From: Camelus ferus
Lineage: Eukaryota
DNA: 64,000 nt
Reading direction: 5' to 3'
Assembly (NCBI RefSeq): GCF_009834535.1
Contig: NC_045696.1
Coordinates: 30,196,001 to 30,260,000 of the forward strand
A program made the translations under genes and the position numbers. Under the pieces are notes generated by a model. The model was given only the letters and a program-made list of their open reading frames with translations. It was not told the DNA's origin and searched no databases. This document shows, piece after piece, positions 13,191-27,660 of this stretch. How positions within the stretch are numbered: the first letter of the stretch is position 1; each line of letters starts with the position of its first letter.

Positions 13191-13586
13191 GTTGGAGGAC
13201 AGCAGTGCTTTAGTTATACATATAAAAATAATGAAGACAGCTTTCTAAGTTGCCTGAGTGTTGTTCATAACATGATCGCAAATCCTTGTGAATGCAGGTA
13301 GGTTTCTTATTTTCCTTTTCTGAGAGGTGCTTCTTGGGAGTTGAGTTGCACATTGCTTGGCCCATAGGAGAGTAGATTTAGCATCCTCTCCCATGCCTTC
13401 TCTACCCAGCCTTTTTTGACTGTTCCATTTGCCTTAAACTGTACCTTCAGCAGCCCAAAGAGTCTCACACAGTCTTGAAAAAAAACAGCAATATTTCTGA
13501 ATACTGAGTTCCTGTTTTTTTCTCTTTTGCATCCTCAATAATTAACATAATTTTATATCTATCATCAGACATAACATATTAAAAGG

Positions 13587-13789
13587 CAGTGGTCCTCAAC
13601 TGGGGGTTTTGACTCTCAGGACATTTGGCCATCTCTGGAGACATTTTTGACTGTCACAACTTGGGGAGAAGATTGCTAATAGCGTCTGGTAGGCAGAGAT
13701 CAAAAATGTTGCAAAACACCCTACAATGCACAGTCTAACTTCCTACAATAAAAAATTATCTGCCCCAAAGTATCCAATGAGAAGCTCTG
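13587..13789 (+). mobile_element. MER20 hAT-Charlie MITE
   Basis: cagtggtcctcaactgggg...ggacatttggccatctctggagacatttttgactgtcacaac...ccctacaatgcacag matches recalled MER20. Confidence 0.88.
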
Positions 13790-15384
13790 CTGTAAGTTAC
13801 TGTATATAGTTAGCCACTTTTAATTCCATACTTAGCAGTTTTAGTAACTCTTTCAAGTGCATGTATATAATTATACTCATGTATTTTCTTTTGTTACCTT
13901 TTGCATTATTGGATTTATGTGTATTTTGAAAGGAGAGTATCACTGGTTTCTTTAGTGTAGTTGCTGACCAGTAAATCAGACACAGGGTGACCATCTATCT
14001 GGAAGTGATTTAAAATATACAAGAGTACATACTATTGTAAATTTGGCTATTAAAACCTTTTTCAGTACTCATTTGTGGAAAAAAAAAACAGTAAAAAAAT
14101 GAACATAAATAAAAATAAAAATAAAACCCTTTTTACTACATCCATTTCTGTAAGGCCTAAGAGCTAAGCTTGAGTCAAGAAGAGGTTCATGAAGCAGTAA
14201 ATCTTAGTGGATTGTTAATTATTTAAAATGGACCTTTTAAAATAGTCCTGATTTCTCAATAACCCAGGGACAATTCCTATTATTTATTTGTCACATCAGA
14301 TGTTTTATGGTCTGCATTGGAATTGTTGACATTTTAATCATTAAATTTTCTCAGTTTATCATATTTTAACACAAAACATCAAAATCTTTAAAATTTATTC
14401 TATTCAGCGTATATTTGGGCAATAAGTAACAGAAGAGCTATTAATATTGGCAAATGGATTCAACAGAAAGTATAATTCAAGGAGAAAAAGTTTTATCAAT
14501 GGCTAGGGATGTTTTGTCTGCTGTTTTAGCTGCCTCGAATCTATAGTTGCAAGTCCTAGTGGTAAGTAGTTAGAGCAGGTAGGGAGGGGTTCAGAGTGTT
14601 AATATATTTAGACAACAGTCTAATTGCTACTCCTTCACTGGAAGCAATAAAGCTTCATTTGAATCTGACATTCCATCTGTTAATCTCCTTGAAATTTCAG
14701 ATAAACAAACCAAAAGAAATCAATCACCATCCCACCGCATGCTCTACTAGTTTCAGGGATTCCTGGGAGGCTACAAAATTGAGTGTGATCACCAATCTAA
14801 AACTGGAGTTCAATTATAAGGTAGGAAGAGAGTAGAAAGGCCATGAATTATCACTACTGAAACATGTATGGAGTCACTTGTAAAGGGATTTCAAACTCTG
14901 CATTCAGTACCTTTAATTTCTGAAATTATGATACAATTTTGGAAATGATAGTGAGTGCTTCTCCCTTTTACAGTCATTGTCCTGTAACCCTATTTTAGAA
15001 AATTGATCAGGAACATGTTTCATGTTGCTTACTCTGTGTTTATCTAAGCCCTTCTGCATAAATTTAGATAGAGTCGGTCAAAGGAGGGAATTTGCAGGTT
15101 TTCAGTAGTTTTCTTTAGGAACCAACAGCATGTTGCCGTTGAAGTGTGAAGTTGTGGATTGTGTACTTAGAAGCTGCACTACTGCAAAACAGCTGTATTA
15201 TCCAGGTACTTGTCCACTTTTTTTTTTTTTTTTGTACTTCTGGTCCCGAACCAGAAACATATTTTATTGTTACTTGCTTTTTTAAACTTGATTTAGTCAC
15301 TTAAAGAAAATGTGCTTATGACACAATTTGCCTCAAATCCATTCCAAGTTGCATATTTGTTTTCCAAATTAAAAAAATTATAGT

Positions 15385-15821
15385 TTATCCTCCCCCCACA
15401 ATCTACCCAGATCCCATTAGCAGGGGTGCACCCATCCTTAAGCAGTTGTGACTGTTGACCACTAACAACTCACAAGTGCTCTCTTCTCAAAAGGATCATT
15501 TTCAGGCAAAGGTGGGCCTCCCTGCCAGGAAGACTCCACTTTCAACCCCCCATATCCCCTGTGACCATACTTGACTTGTACCTTGTGATGGAAATACAAA
15601 TATTTGACCCTCTCGTATGTAGGTGGGACTCTGTAATATAATTTGTGGATCGGTGCTCCCTGTGGGATCAAGCTGAACTATTGTAGCAGGTACCACACCT
15701 TAGCTTCCCCTCCTGCCGCTTCAGCCTCCTTTTCTCACTGCCTCTCCTGAGAGTGTTCCTCAGATTTGTCTTTCCAACAAGAATCCTCATCTCAGGGTCT
15801 GCTTCTTAAGAGCTAAAAGCA
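15385..15821 (+). mobile_element. LTR16-like ERVL LTR
   Basis: gctccctgtgggatcaagctg and the 3' end gaatcctcatctcagggtctgcttct are typical of the LTR16 family. Confidence 0.7.
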
Positions 15822-15949
15822 CCTACTAATAGAAACAGGGCTATCATTATTCATTTTTCTTATTAATATAATTACCTGTCCGTAGGAAAATGACAATTAA
15901 TATTGATTCTTAACTTTCTTTAGTCTAAGGCTCTGCACCAATTACTTAA

Positions 15950-16055
15950 ATATCCTTTCTAACCTTATATTGCCTAAAACAAAGTTTCTAGAACATTTGT
16001 TTTCATTTTTACAGTTGAAGAAACTGAGGCAAGCAGAAACTAAGTAATTTATAGA
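15950..16055. mobile_element. MIR SINE remnant
   Basis: MIR core catttttacagttgaagaaactgaggc. Confidence 0.65.
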
Positions 16056-16134
16056 ATAAATGAATAAATAAATGAAATACATGTTGTGTGCATTATTTAA
16101 GAATATGTTTTATATTCTACCTGTGAAAGAAAGA

Positions 16135-16705
16135 AGTTTGAGACTTAAGTCAGTACATAGTTGGCATTTATTAAGGTACCAGTTTATGATGAGAGCAGGG
16201 GTGATAGGTGTTACGAAGAAAAATAAAACTGGTTAAGGGAGATTGCAATATGTGTGTTTTTGTGAGTGTGTTGACTGGTGGGGGGCAGAGGATTACTTTC
16301 TTTTTTTTTTTTTTTTTTTTTTTTTTTTGCAGTCCTCACTGTTAAGTTGACACTGAGGCATAAAACAGTTTAGAGAGGGAGTGGCCTATACAGATTATGT
16401 TGAGGAAAAACATTCTAAAGATGAAACAGCAAATCCAAAGGTCCTGATAGGAGCAGGTTGATGTGGTAGATGGTGCAAAAGGAGGCTACATTGGCATGAG
16501 CAAGGATGAAGTGAAAGCAAATGAGAACAGAGGAAACATTTTCTTTTACTCTGGGTGAGATAGGACACCAGTAACACCTTGGACATAGCAGGGACATAAT
16601 AACCTGTCTTGTTTCATAAGGGTCCCTCAGGGTGCTGGGTGTGGCTTAGAGGCAAGAGAAGAAGCAAGCAAAGCAGTTATGAGATGTGTATAATTGCTCA
16701 GAAGA
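16135..16705 (-). mobile_element. L2 remnant (contains a poly-T at ~16301-16328; interrupted by the MER21-like LTR)
   Basis: gcatttattaag..., cattctaaagatgaaacagcaaatccaaaggtcctga are L2-type motifs. Confidence 0.6.
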
Positions 16706-16714
16706 GATGGAAGC

Positions 16715-17508
16715 ATTCTGACACCAATTCTGATGTGTGGGTTTTTCCCCCACACCAAACTACTCTCCAACACCAGCAGGGTATCCTACAATTCAACTCA
16801 ATTCTGACAATATCTACCTGGGGACAGCTTCAGATCCCATAGGTTAAGGGCTCAGTCCTACAAGACTCCCTCCCACCCCATCTCAAATGCCATTTGAAAG
16901 TCCAAATTGTCCCCTGTGCTTCTGATCCACCAGCTATATATAGATTGGAGATTTCAATGATCCCCTCCTTGAGTCTTATTAATCTGCTAGAGCAGCTTAA
17001 AGAACTCGCAGATATATTTTACTGAATGGATTTCTATTCTGTTGTTACGAGGATATAACTCAGGAACAACCAGATGGAAGTGATGCATAGGGCAAGGTAT
17101 AGGGAACGGGCTTGGAGCTTCCATGCTCTCTCCACGTGCTCCACTCTCCCCGAATCTCTGAATGTTCATCAACTTGGAAGCTCTCTGAACCCCATCCTTT
17201 TGGGTTTTTATGGAGGCTTCATGACATAGGCATGACTAGTTAAATCAATGACTATTTCAAGTTGAATTCAAACTCTAGCCCCTCTCCCCCAGGAGATCAG
17301 TCCCACCCACTAATCACATAGTTGGTTCTGCTGGCAATCAACCCCCATCCTTAGGTGACTTAGAAGCTTCCCAAAGCACCTCATTAACATATAAAAACAC
17401 ACCTTTATCACTTTGCTCACTTAGGTAATTCCAAGGGATTTAGGAGTTCCTTGTCAAGAACAGGGAACTAAGACCAAATATATATGTCTTATTATAAATA
17501 ATGTCACA
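16715..17508 (-). mobile_element. MER21-like LTR
   Basis: The reverse complement starts tgtgacattatttataataagacatatatatttggtcttagttccctgttcttgacaaggaactcctaaatcccttggaatt, matching the recalled MER21B/C 5' end. Confidence 0.85.
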
Positions 17509-20500
17509 AATGCGGTGACATGGAATTTGTGAAGAGATCAGATTTTAAATATACTTTTAATCAAATATTTTCTTATATGAAGAGTTAAGCAAAATTACTT
17601 TTCCTAGTGAACCACCCTGTGATTTCTCTTAGGGAGGCACCTGCCAATGCTGAGTCTAAGCCTTAGCGACCTTTCTTGGCCTCTAGGTTGAAATATAGAA
17701 CTCAGGTGATGGCTGACTGCCAGGATTCCAAGCAAGATACAAGGAAGTCTGCTTAATACAAGAGAAGAATTAGGACCCAGGGCATGGGGCAGGTAGGGGT
17801 TTAAGAAAGAGACAGGACATTGGAGGGGGAGCCAGAAGACAGAATGCTGATTGCTACACCAGGGGTTCTTCCCCACTGCTTCTGAAATCTTCAGTGTCCC
17901 TAGGAAAGTCTTGAGGTGATTGAATTTCTGTGGAGAGGCAGCTGTTTCAAAACGAGGTTGACACAGGGATACAGCGAGGCAACATCAGGGACAAAGCAGT
18001 GGGGAGGCCTCCTGCAGACCTGGGGTTATTAGAAATGTAAGGAGCACTCGGTGAACTGGGTTCATTAGTCACTTTGACAGACCGCTCACCGCCAAATCCC
18101 ATACAAATTCCATACAGTTATACAAACTTGTGGCTCTACCGTTAATATCATAGAAAATTTACATGTCTTTCTAGTGGGCATTTATAACCGGATGTCATAC
18201 AGTCTAACCTTTGTGACATCAGTTTCATACTGTGCTCAGTACTCAGTCTCTCTCTCTCTCTCTCCTTCCTGCTCTCTCATCAAAGGAAGGGACTCTGCAA
18301 ACCAGTGGAAGGGAGTCTCCTAGGGTCTTTCCTCTAAAACTGTACTACATACTTGTAGTTTGAAAAACCTTTGTCATAGAAACAAAACCTAGATTACCAG
18401 CTGAAGCATATTTACTGGAGGATGGGAGAGGTAGGCAAGAGGCTTTCATATTAAAAATTCTAGAGAATGCTTGTGGATGTCTAGACAACACATTTGCAAA
18501 CATAACATTACTTCAGATTGTTTGCTTGATACTTCTCATTAAGATGGAAAGAAGTTCACAATGGAAAAATGTGAATTTTAATCGATTAGACACCCGAGTT
18601 TTTTTATAACTTGTACATTTTGTAGTGTTCTATAAGAAATAGGTAAGGTGAGGGAAATTGAAGTTTATAGCATATGCATGTCTAACTGCATAAACTTTTA
18701 GTTGAGCAAAATACAATGACATTATCTAGTTAATTTTTAACTGTGATTTGTGTCATGATATATGCATGAATTTAATAACTGCAATATACAGGGCAGTATA
18801 TCTCATATAATTGTATGTATCTATAGAGTTTATAATTGATCTTGATGATGAGGAAAAAAAAGTTTACTTAAATTGTTTAATAAGTATTTCAAAAGTACCT
18901 GATACTGGTTTATTTTTAAATGGAACATCATATTGTAAGCCAATTTTTATTTTTATGACATTTTTAAAACAGCAGGAGTACAGTGTACATAAATTCCAGT
19001 CATGTTTATGTTGATTATCTCAGTGAAATCCAATATCACAATCACTTCAGCAAATAATGAGATTCAAGAAAGCATTATTGTTCAACCAGGTAGCTCAGTG
19101 GGATGAAAATAAATGAAAAAGAGTACAACCATTGTTTCCAATAATAGCAAGAATGTAACAAATAACTTTTGCTGAGGGACAGAATGATATTCTTTATAAA
19201 TGCTTTTAATTTAAAGTAATACAAAAGTTTTCCCTATTATCTTTAAAATAATATATCACACTTTGAAAGTTGCAGCAGAAGCTTGAACCAAGTTAAAAAA
19301 GAACGGTATCATTTATTAGCTTACACATAGGAGGAGCTTTGTGGGTAGTCTGAGACCATTGGAGCAGTTTAATTGCTGTAACTTTTCTTTTTATAAGAAG
19401 ATGCCAATTTAATGCTTTACCACTTACAAAAAAAATCATTCAAGTGGATTCTATTTATATACACAATATAGCTCCTGTCAGTGGGTGAACAAAATCTAGT
19501 TTTATTACAATGTTATTGAAGAAAAAAGCAAAATAAAAAGTTCATAGTAAAATCTTATCTCCAATTAATACTTTTATATATATATATATAGACTAAATGA
19601 TAGAAATCTGGACACACAACCTTTGAACTTTCTAAATCTTATGTTTAATTTTACCATTGATTTTTCTTCTTATAATGATTAAAATACAGAATTTAAGAAG
19701 TAATTCAATACCCTTTACTTTAATCAATATGGAGAATTAATATCAATATATTGTGAGGTAGACATGCTATTTTTCTTTCCTTTTATCTTATAGCAGATAT
19801 AGTTTCTAACAATTATACAATTGTTACTGATTTCTTTATATGCTTAGTAGCCTAAAATATATAATTTTATTTTATTAAATGTGAAAGCATAATTAACAAA
19901 GCATTACAAAAGATTTTTTAAGTCCATTGAACAAACAAAACAATGGAAGAAGGTGAATAATGTAGAAAATTGTCACATTAGAGTTGATTTCTCTGATATT
20001 TTTATTTACATTTCCTAAAACATACCTATATATACATTTACATCAGTACAGTTTTTCAGTACTTATGGATGAGTATTTTATATAAGATAGTCTCTTAAAT
20101 TTTTGTATTAATTTTTTTACATAATTAACAACACTAATCTAGGAAATATTAACAGAAAGTAATGATAGAAATGTAGAATTTTTAAAGGAAACTTAGAACA
20201 AAGAGAAAGGAATAAGGCAAAAGGAAACTGAGGAAAAGAAGGTTAGTTCAGGCAAGATTATGATAACAGGTAATAAAAAGATAAAAAGACACCAGTTTCT
20301 TGTTTAATAATTGGGCATAAATATCACATCCACTTTTAAAACCATCTTCTGATTCTTTCCAAAAATCACAATTTTAAAAAGAAATCATTATTTTCACTAA
20401 CTAAACTTGTGAAACAATTGAATACAGAATTGCATTAATCTGAAGTATAGAATCTGGTGGTTCGTTTCATTGCACACTGCATTTTACTACTAAAAACTTC

Positions 20501-22534
20501 AGAGGAAAGACAAGCAGATGGCAAGAAGAAATCAAATATGTCAAACTTACTAAATGAATTGTATACTGGGAGATAAGAAAAAGTCATGTATTTTAGACTT
20601 ATTTTATAAAGGAGTGAAGTTTAAGGTCAAGGGATAAGGTAAGATTAATTATTGAGACAGAAAGATAATGAATTTAGTGATGGAGAAAGAGACAATATAC
20701 TTACACTACCACCTCATTGAGTTATTGGATGCATAAGTTATTCCTGGGCAATATTTTTAAGTGAAGATTGAAAAGACCAAAAATCTAAAAGAAGAAAGAT
20801 AAACTTGGGAATTATCTGAAAACAGGTAAGCTCCAAAAGATAAGTAGGCTCTAAAAAAAAAAAAAAAAAAAAGATTGCAAAGAATGTGGTACTTCAAAAT
20901 ATTCTGGGGAAAACTGATGAATAAAAAAAAGTAGAAATGGAATAGAATACTCAGGGGTGAAGATATAAAATTAGGAAGTGAACTGGCCTGGACGGGAGAA
21001 AGAGGATAGCAAGCTAGAAGATGGATGTCTGTTTTGTACTGAGGAAGCAATGCTTTAACTGAAGAGCAATAATGGACGAATGAATAGCTACCCTTTGAAA
21101 TTGTGCTGGTCTGTTCTTTTGGTTATTGACTGTCAGTGTGCATTCACTTCAATATTTAAAAAATGTTCAAAGAAAAAAATATTTTTTATTCAAAATCAGG
21201 AAAGGCTCTGAAGTATACAGTCTTTTATTAAATGTTGCAGATATAGTATTTCTTATCCAGTAGTTTATCAGTTCATAAAGCAAATGAGTGTGAAACAAAA
21301 AAGTGTCCAAGTTTCAAAATTAAAAGTATTTTTTTAAAAATGACTTGAGTGAGTACTATGTATGCATCAAGAACTATAGCCTTTGCAGTGTTCAGTGCTT
21401 CCTGGTCATAACAGCTTCACAGCTGCCTCCAGTGGTGATGGTTCCCAGACACCTAACCACGGGTTCATAATATAAGTTCCTCTTCCTCTCTTTAAATGTG
21501 CAATTGTCATGACACTCTTGGCAATGTGCTGTCGTTTCTTTTCTGGTCTTGTAATGCATCATGGTGCTGGGATGACAGAAAAGAAGAAATGTGGCATGAA
21601 AGAGGCTTTCTGAATAGTGAATTTATGAAAAGTAGGTAATGGTTTATTTGTTCATTTTATAGCTGGTGACATGTTACCGTTCGTTACCAGGGAGTGTTAA
21701 AAGAAAACAATAATGTAACACTTAGTTCTCTTTCGCATCTATTTTGCCAACACTATTTCTCTCTATAATAATTCTTATTACATAGTCTATATGCACTGAA
21801 TAGTACTTAATTCTGTAATACTGAATGCAATAAAAATCAAAACATTTCAGAAAATTAAAATTCAGGGGAATAAGTTTTGCATCTATTTTTACAATTATCT
21901 GCTTTTTACCCAGGTTAACATCAGTAATATTCAGTAATGAACTGTTAAAGTTGGAAGCAATTTCAGAAACCATTTACTCCAAATAACTCATTTTTAAATG
22001 AAATTATGTTTCAAAAATTAGTGAGAGCACTTATTCTGCTCTGCCCCTTTACTCTTTGTGTGTGTGCATGTGTTCAAGCGCTCGTAGTGTTCTACTTTGT
22101 ATTAAAGATATAAAAATCTCTGACCATATGGAACCTAGGAATTAGATTAACTGAACAATTAGATACATGTACATAAATTTATATCACTTCCTATTGTCTG
22201 ACTTCTAGAAATAGATTTGAACATCTTTACCAGGAAAAATGCTAGTCTGAGTCATCTTATTTGCACTTCATCCCATTTTTAAAAATTGTGGTCTGTCCAC
22301 CTGCTCTTTATAAAAAAAAAAAATGCCTATTTTTTTATTATCTCACTACTAAAATTATTGCTGCTTTCCTGAATGTGTGCATGTATTTGTCTGATTTTAT
22401 TTTACTCTGTAATTTGTCTATCACTTTTTTATGCCTCTAGCCTGCCAGCAAACATTTAATGAACTATTACTGTATACCAGGCTCTGTGCTTTATGATAAG
22501 TGTACTTAATTTTTGTGATAATATTAAAAAGATA

Positions 22535-22805
22535 ACTTTTAGTAGACTTTACTTTTTAGAGCAGTTTTGAATCACAGCAAAGTTGAATGAAAAAAATACA
22601 GAGAATTCCTGTATAGCTCTTGCCCCTCTGCACCCAAACATGCAGTTTTTCCCCTTACCAACATTTCCCACCAGAGTGGTACATTTGTTACAATTGATGG
22701 ATCTACATTGACAGGTCATAACCCAGAGTCTATAGTTTACACAGTTCACTTTTGTTATTGTACATTCAATGGATTTGGACAAATTTATAATGATATGTGT
22801 CCACT
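22535..22805 (-). mobile_element. L1MC1-like 3' end fragment
   Basis: agacttttactttttagagcagttttgaatcacagcaaagttg is homologous to 7650-7920 in this window. Confidence 0.88.
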
Positions 22806-25800
22806 GAAAGATACTTTTTGTGATAAGTTTTTGAGATACTATTCATTCTTAGTGTCCCTAATCCTCTCACAAAGCTACCACTATGTCAATGATTCTGGGA
22901 GCAACCACCAAATTCCATAAACACTACTTTAAGAGAAGACTGATATTCTGGTATTTTTAAGAACCAGATGGCATATAGCCTCTTGCAAATCATAGCAGTC
23001 AATAGCCTTGAAAGCCAAAGTGATTTGGATTTGCAAAGACCAGACTCTGAGACAAATCCAAAAGCACTGTTTTAAAGATCAGCAGTTAAGTTTAACTCAA
23101 GAACTACAGAGCTGGAAAGAAAGCAGAGGTATGTATGGAGGGTTACCTGACTTGAGTTAGATGAAGATTTCACAAGTGGAAAGCTTTGAAGAACCAGAAT
23201 GACTGAGGGATCCAAAGGCTTCATTTTTAGTACTGAAGCAACACATCAGTATGCCTTGACTTTTAATCACCACCAGGTAGAAAGTTAGAAGGAAAATGCT
23301 GAATTGAATGTATGATTACTCAATCAACACGGCAATTTAAGCAAGAAGTGGTCAAAAATCATGGCTATCATAAATGGAATTTAAGCAGTTAGATTATTAT
23401 GGAGCAATAAATAAACTTATATTTTTGCACAATAGTTAGCATATAAAATTAATGGCTTACTGTAAAATGGAAGTAATTTTCTGGATGGAAATACACCTAA
23501 GAAATAGGAACCAGCAAGTTTGAATCCCTGGTTACCTTTTCTTTTCCTCTGCATAGTCTCATAATAATAGTTTTTGCTTCTATTGTACTTAGTTTTTGAC
23601 CCTCCTTTTACCGTCACTATTACTTTCAACGTCACCAGATTATTTTTACCTTCTGATTGCTCCCTCATGGGACCTACCACTTGGTAGTAGCAGGATTCTA
23701 ATTCTGATTTGCTTGGAGAGACATCGAATTGGCTTTTCTTGATTCTGGTCTCTGCACTATCAGTTTTAGTTGGGTGATTGGATGTGAGTGGTAACAGACA
23801 AGTGTTTATATATTTTCTTTTCAAATATGGAGACTAGGGCCAGTTTTATCAAGTGAGGGACAATTCTCAAAGAGGATGATAGCTGAATGAGAGCTCTATA
23901 ATTGTGTAGTAATATTCCCTTCATGGAATTAAAAAAATTAAAAGATGAAACACATATACCAAAGAAAATGCAAATATCATAAGCATTTTAAATCACATTT
24001 GTAGAAGTTTGCTTTCTTTCTTTCTCAGCGTGAAGAAATATTTTTGAGCCCTAATCCCCAAAACAAACCATATGAACTTCATGTCTCTTGACAAGAATTT
24101 TTTCTCAATTTATTTACAAGTTATTGAACAGTGAGGTTTAGTTTTTACACAGCTGACTTGATTATTTTAACATTCAGTTATTCTAAATCACCGGCTAATT
24201 CAGGCAAACAAATAGTTGGTTCAATTATTTTTCATTACGGAGGCTAAAAATATTAGTCTGGGTTGAAAATGCAAATGAATCTGAGATTCCATGAGCTAAC
24301 ATAAATGTTATAATTCTTATATGAATAATCATATAATGTGTGACAAGTAATAAAGATCTAGGTATAGAAATACAGATATTCTAAGTTTTACTTTGAGGCT
24401 GTTTTATTATTAAGTAATATGTTTAGATAATAAATATGTAGATACATCTGAAATTACGTTCTATCTAGAGTAAGTACATTTCAAATCTATATGGCAAGTG
24501 CTTTACAATAAGAAAAGCTAATAAAATGCTGGAAATTGCATGCTTTATAACACATGAGTAAACTTATTAGGAAATGATGATGATAAGGACAAAGTGAATA
24601 TTTTCTGTTCTCTTACAACTTGCTGATTTTTTAAAAAATCTAGAACTGCAAATGTTCTGGGTATGCGCTCTTCAAATTTTTGTGAAGATCATATCCATTA
24701 GTCTGCATAATTGTATAATATTAAAATTTTAAAAAATAAGTGTCGTATTTACATAAGGATCATTCTGAAGTTACATTGAAAGAGCAGGTGGTTAGGGCTA
24801 GGAGTCTCATTTGTGAATCTTTGTCCAACATCTGCAAGATTATCTCGCAAAATCTTCAAGAAAGAGGCAATTACCTACATATCTCCACAATAAAGACAGA
24901 GCCTTCAGTAGAATGAGTGATAGTAACCAGGGAGGTAAATGGGTTGTCAAACTCTGTCGCCTTATCACTGAGGATTTCCTACGTAAAAATGACAGGGAGG
25001 CTATGTGATGGCCTTAGACTTAAATGATAGTGGAGCAAAAAATAGAAAAGGATAATCACCTCTATACAGCAAATGTGATTCATTCCTCAGTGTGAGAAGG
25101 TGAGCTTTCTTACTGGTGTTCAAGGTATTGTTACAGACTCAGAATAGTAACGATGGCACATTGGTGTGTTGTATTGGTGGAGCACAATAATTATTTCTCC
25201 AGGAGAATATTAATGCTGTTCTGCACCAAAAGGAAGCTTCAGAGCAGGAAGCAAGATGATGGCACCTACCTATACGCTGTGAGTCGAGGGATGTCAATTC
25301 TCTCTGTTTGACAGAGTGAGTGGGTTTGCCTTAACTTTCTATCAGAAGATTAACTCCTCTGGATGAAATCACTGTAAATCAGGAAAATAAGTAGACAAAC
25401 ACCCTGCAACAGCATTAAAATGCTGCCGCTAAAGGATAGCAAATAATCTTTTGTTATAATTTTTCCATTTAGCAGTGGATTAATTTATTACAATGTTTGC
25501 CCAAAGGGAAATGGACACAGAATAAACAGATATGAATAGAGGAGAATATTAGACTATGTCCCACATACGGGATCATAATGGTAAGAAGAGGAGTCATGTG
25601 TGGACGGCATAGTTTCATGGGTAATTGAAAACACATGGCTTTCCCACCTAAATAATTTGGGTACGTGAACCCTGTTTTCTTTTTTAAAAATCACAAAGTA
25701 TTATTAATAGGCTAAAAACATTCAAATGCTAGAAAAAGCTGCAGAAAATCCTGCAGAAAAGCTAGGGTTGTGTCAGTTTTTTTTCAAGGGTTAGTAGTAG

Positions 25801-26779
25801 AGTTGTGATGATCATGCCTTAAATGCAGTGCATCTATATACAGATAAGAAATGTTCATCTTTTCCTAAACCCAGGAATTTACTCATTTTCAGTTATTCCT
25901 CCTAATATACTGGCATGTATCATGCATTCTGAAAACAAGGTTAAAGATAGGTAAATATCAAAAGTACTAAGAATAAATGATTTAAATAAAATTGTATTTG
26001 TTTTAGACTGGCTATTTTATAAATCATGTTAGACAGTTCCTTATAGCTTAATTGTAAACTAAATATCGATTCAAATAAAAGGCATCAGGAAAGAAGCAAA
26101 TGTATACAAATTTCATGACTCAGCTCTTTACAACTCCCCACTGAGAAATACAACAAGTATTAGAAAAATACAATAACTTACAACACCCCAAACTAAATTA
26201 TTATCCTACGAATTCAATGTAGCTGATAAAGAGACACATTTTAACTCTGACGGAGAGCATGAGCTATAGCTGGAAGGGTACCAGGGGACAATCTAATCTT
26301 GTCCACAATTTGCTTCTGAAACAGACTCTGTATCAACAGAAAACAGGAAAACTTCTTCTTAAGGTGATTAAGAGCATTTTGACACTCAGTGCCCTCCATT
26401 TCAACTTTTAAATATTCATTTTACCACTATAATTAGCATAAATGCCACATGCCCTTTGGCAGACAGGAGCATGAAGCATCCAGAGTTGTGAAGTTTGGAA
26501 TAGAAAGTGTCTGGGCCAGGAAAAGCCACAGAAGTGTTACGTTGTGTGGCTGGCACATTTCATCCATGATTTTTCAATAAGGAATTGGCTAAAGACTACA
26601 TTAAAAAAAAAAAAAGAAAAAAAACCCCCTAATTTCTTCACCATACTTTCTGAAAAAAAGACTAAAGTACCAAGAATATTTTTTTCCATCCAGAAGTAAG
26701 AATAAAGTTTTGCCAAATACCAGAAATTTGGCTAAAGCCTACATCCATCTATCTAACTCTACCTAAATATCAAAAAATA

Positions 26780-27660
26780 TTTTTTATTGTGTTAAAATAT
26801 GCATAATATAAAATGAACATTTTTAAACCATTTTAAGTGTACAGTTTGGTGGCATTGAGGACATTCATATTTTTGTATGTCTATCACTACCATCCATTGC
26901 CAGAACTTTTTCATCCAAAACTGAAACTCTGTATCCATGAAACAGAAATTCTCAACCTCCCTTTCTCTCTAGCCCCTGGGCATCTCCAATCTATTTTCTG
27001 TCTCTGTGAATTTAACAACTCTAGGCACTTCATATAAGTGTAATCACTTAGCATAATGTCTCCAAGTTTCACCTATTTTGTAGCATATGTCAGGATCTCC
27101 TTTCCTTTTTCAGACTGAATAATATTCTACTTTATGTATACACCATATTTTTGCTTATCCATTCATCCATGGATAGGAACTTAGATTGCTTCAACCTTTT
27201 GGCTATTGTGAATAATGCTGCTATGAACAGGGCTACACAAGTATCTCTTTTCTTCTTTGCTTTATTTTTTGGCATATATCCAGAAATGGAGTTGCTGGGT
27301 CTTATGGTAATTCTGTGTTTAATTTTTTTAGGAACCACAATGTCATTTTCCACAGCAGCTGCAGCATCTTACATTCCCAGCTGCAACACACAAGAGTTCC
27401 AGTTTCTTTACATCTTCATCAGTATTTGTTATTTTCTGTGTTTTGTTTGTTTGCTTTTTTTTTTTTTTTTGAGAATAGCCATCTTAATGGTTGTGAATTA
27501 ATATATCATTGTGGTTTTGATTTATGTTTTTCTAACAACAAGTTAGGTTAAGCATCTTCCCATGTGCTCATTGGCCATTGAGATCTTGTTTGTAGGAATG
27601 CCTATTCAAGTCTTTTGTCCATTTTTATCAAGTTGTTTATTTTTTTGATGTTGAGTTGTA
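26780..27660 (-). mobile_element. L1MB-like 3' end
   Basis: ORF2 C-terminal peptide FIAALFTIAKRLKQSKFLSMDEWI. The 3' end aaccattttaagtgtacagtttggtggcattg is typical of L1MB. Confidence 0.88.

Noticed and set aside
14701..15205. Plus-strand AG...GT segments with open frames (14701-14820, 120 nt; 15119-15205, 87 nt)
   Set aside because: The peptides are unrecognised, the phases (0-0 and 1-1) do not chain with each other, and the donors are weak.
19089..19102. tRNA/SINE A-box-like ggtagctcagtgg
   Set aside because: No B box, cloverleaf or SINE body follows.
19754..19762. let-7-like tgaggtag (also at ~59391)
   Set aside because: The match stops at the seed and there is no precursor hairpin.
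23417..23824. 135-aa minus-strand ORF
   Set aside because: TTG start, AT-rich codon usage, no recognisable domain, and partly MIR-like sequence.
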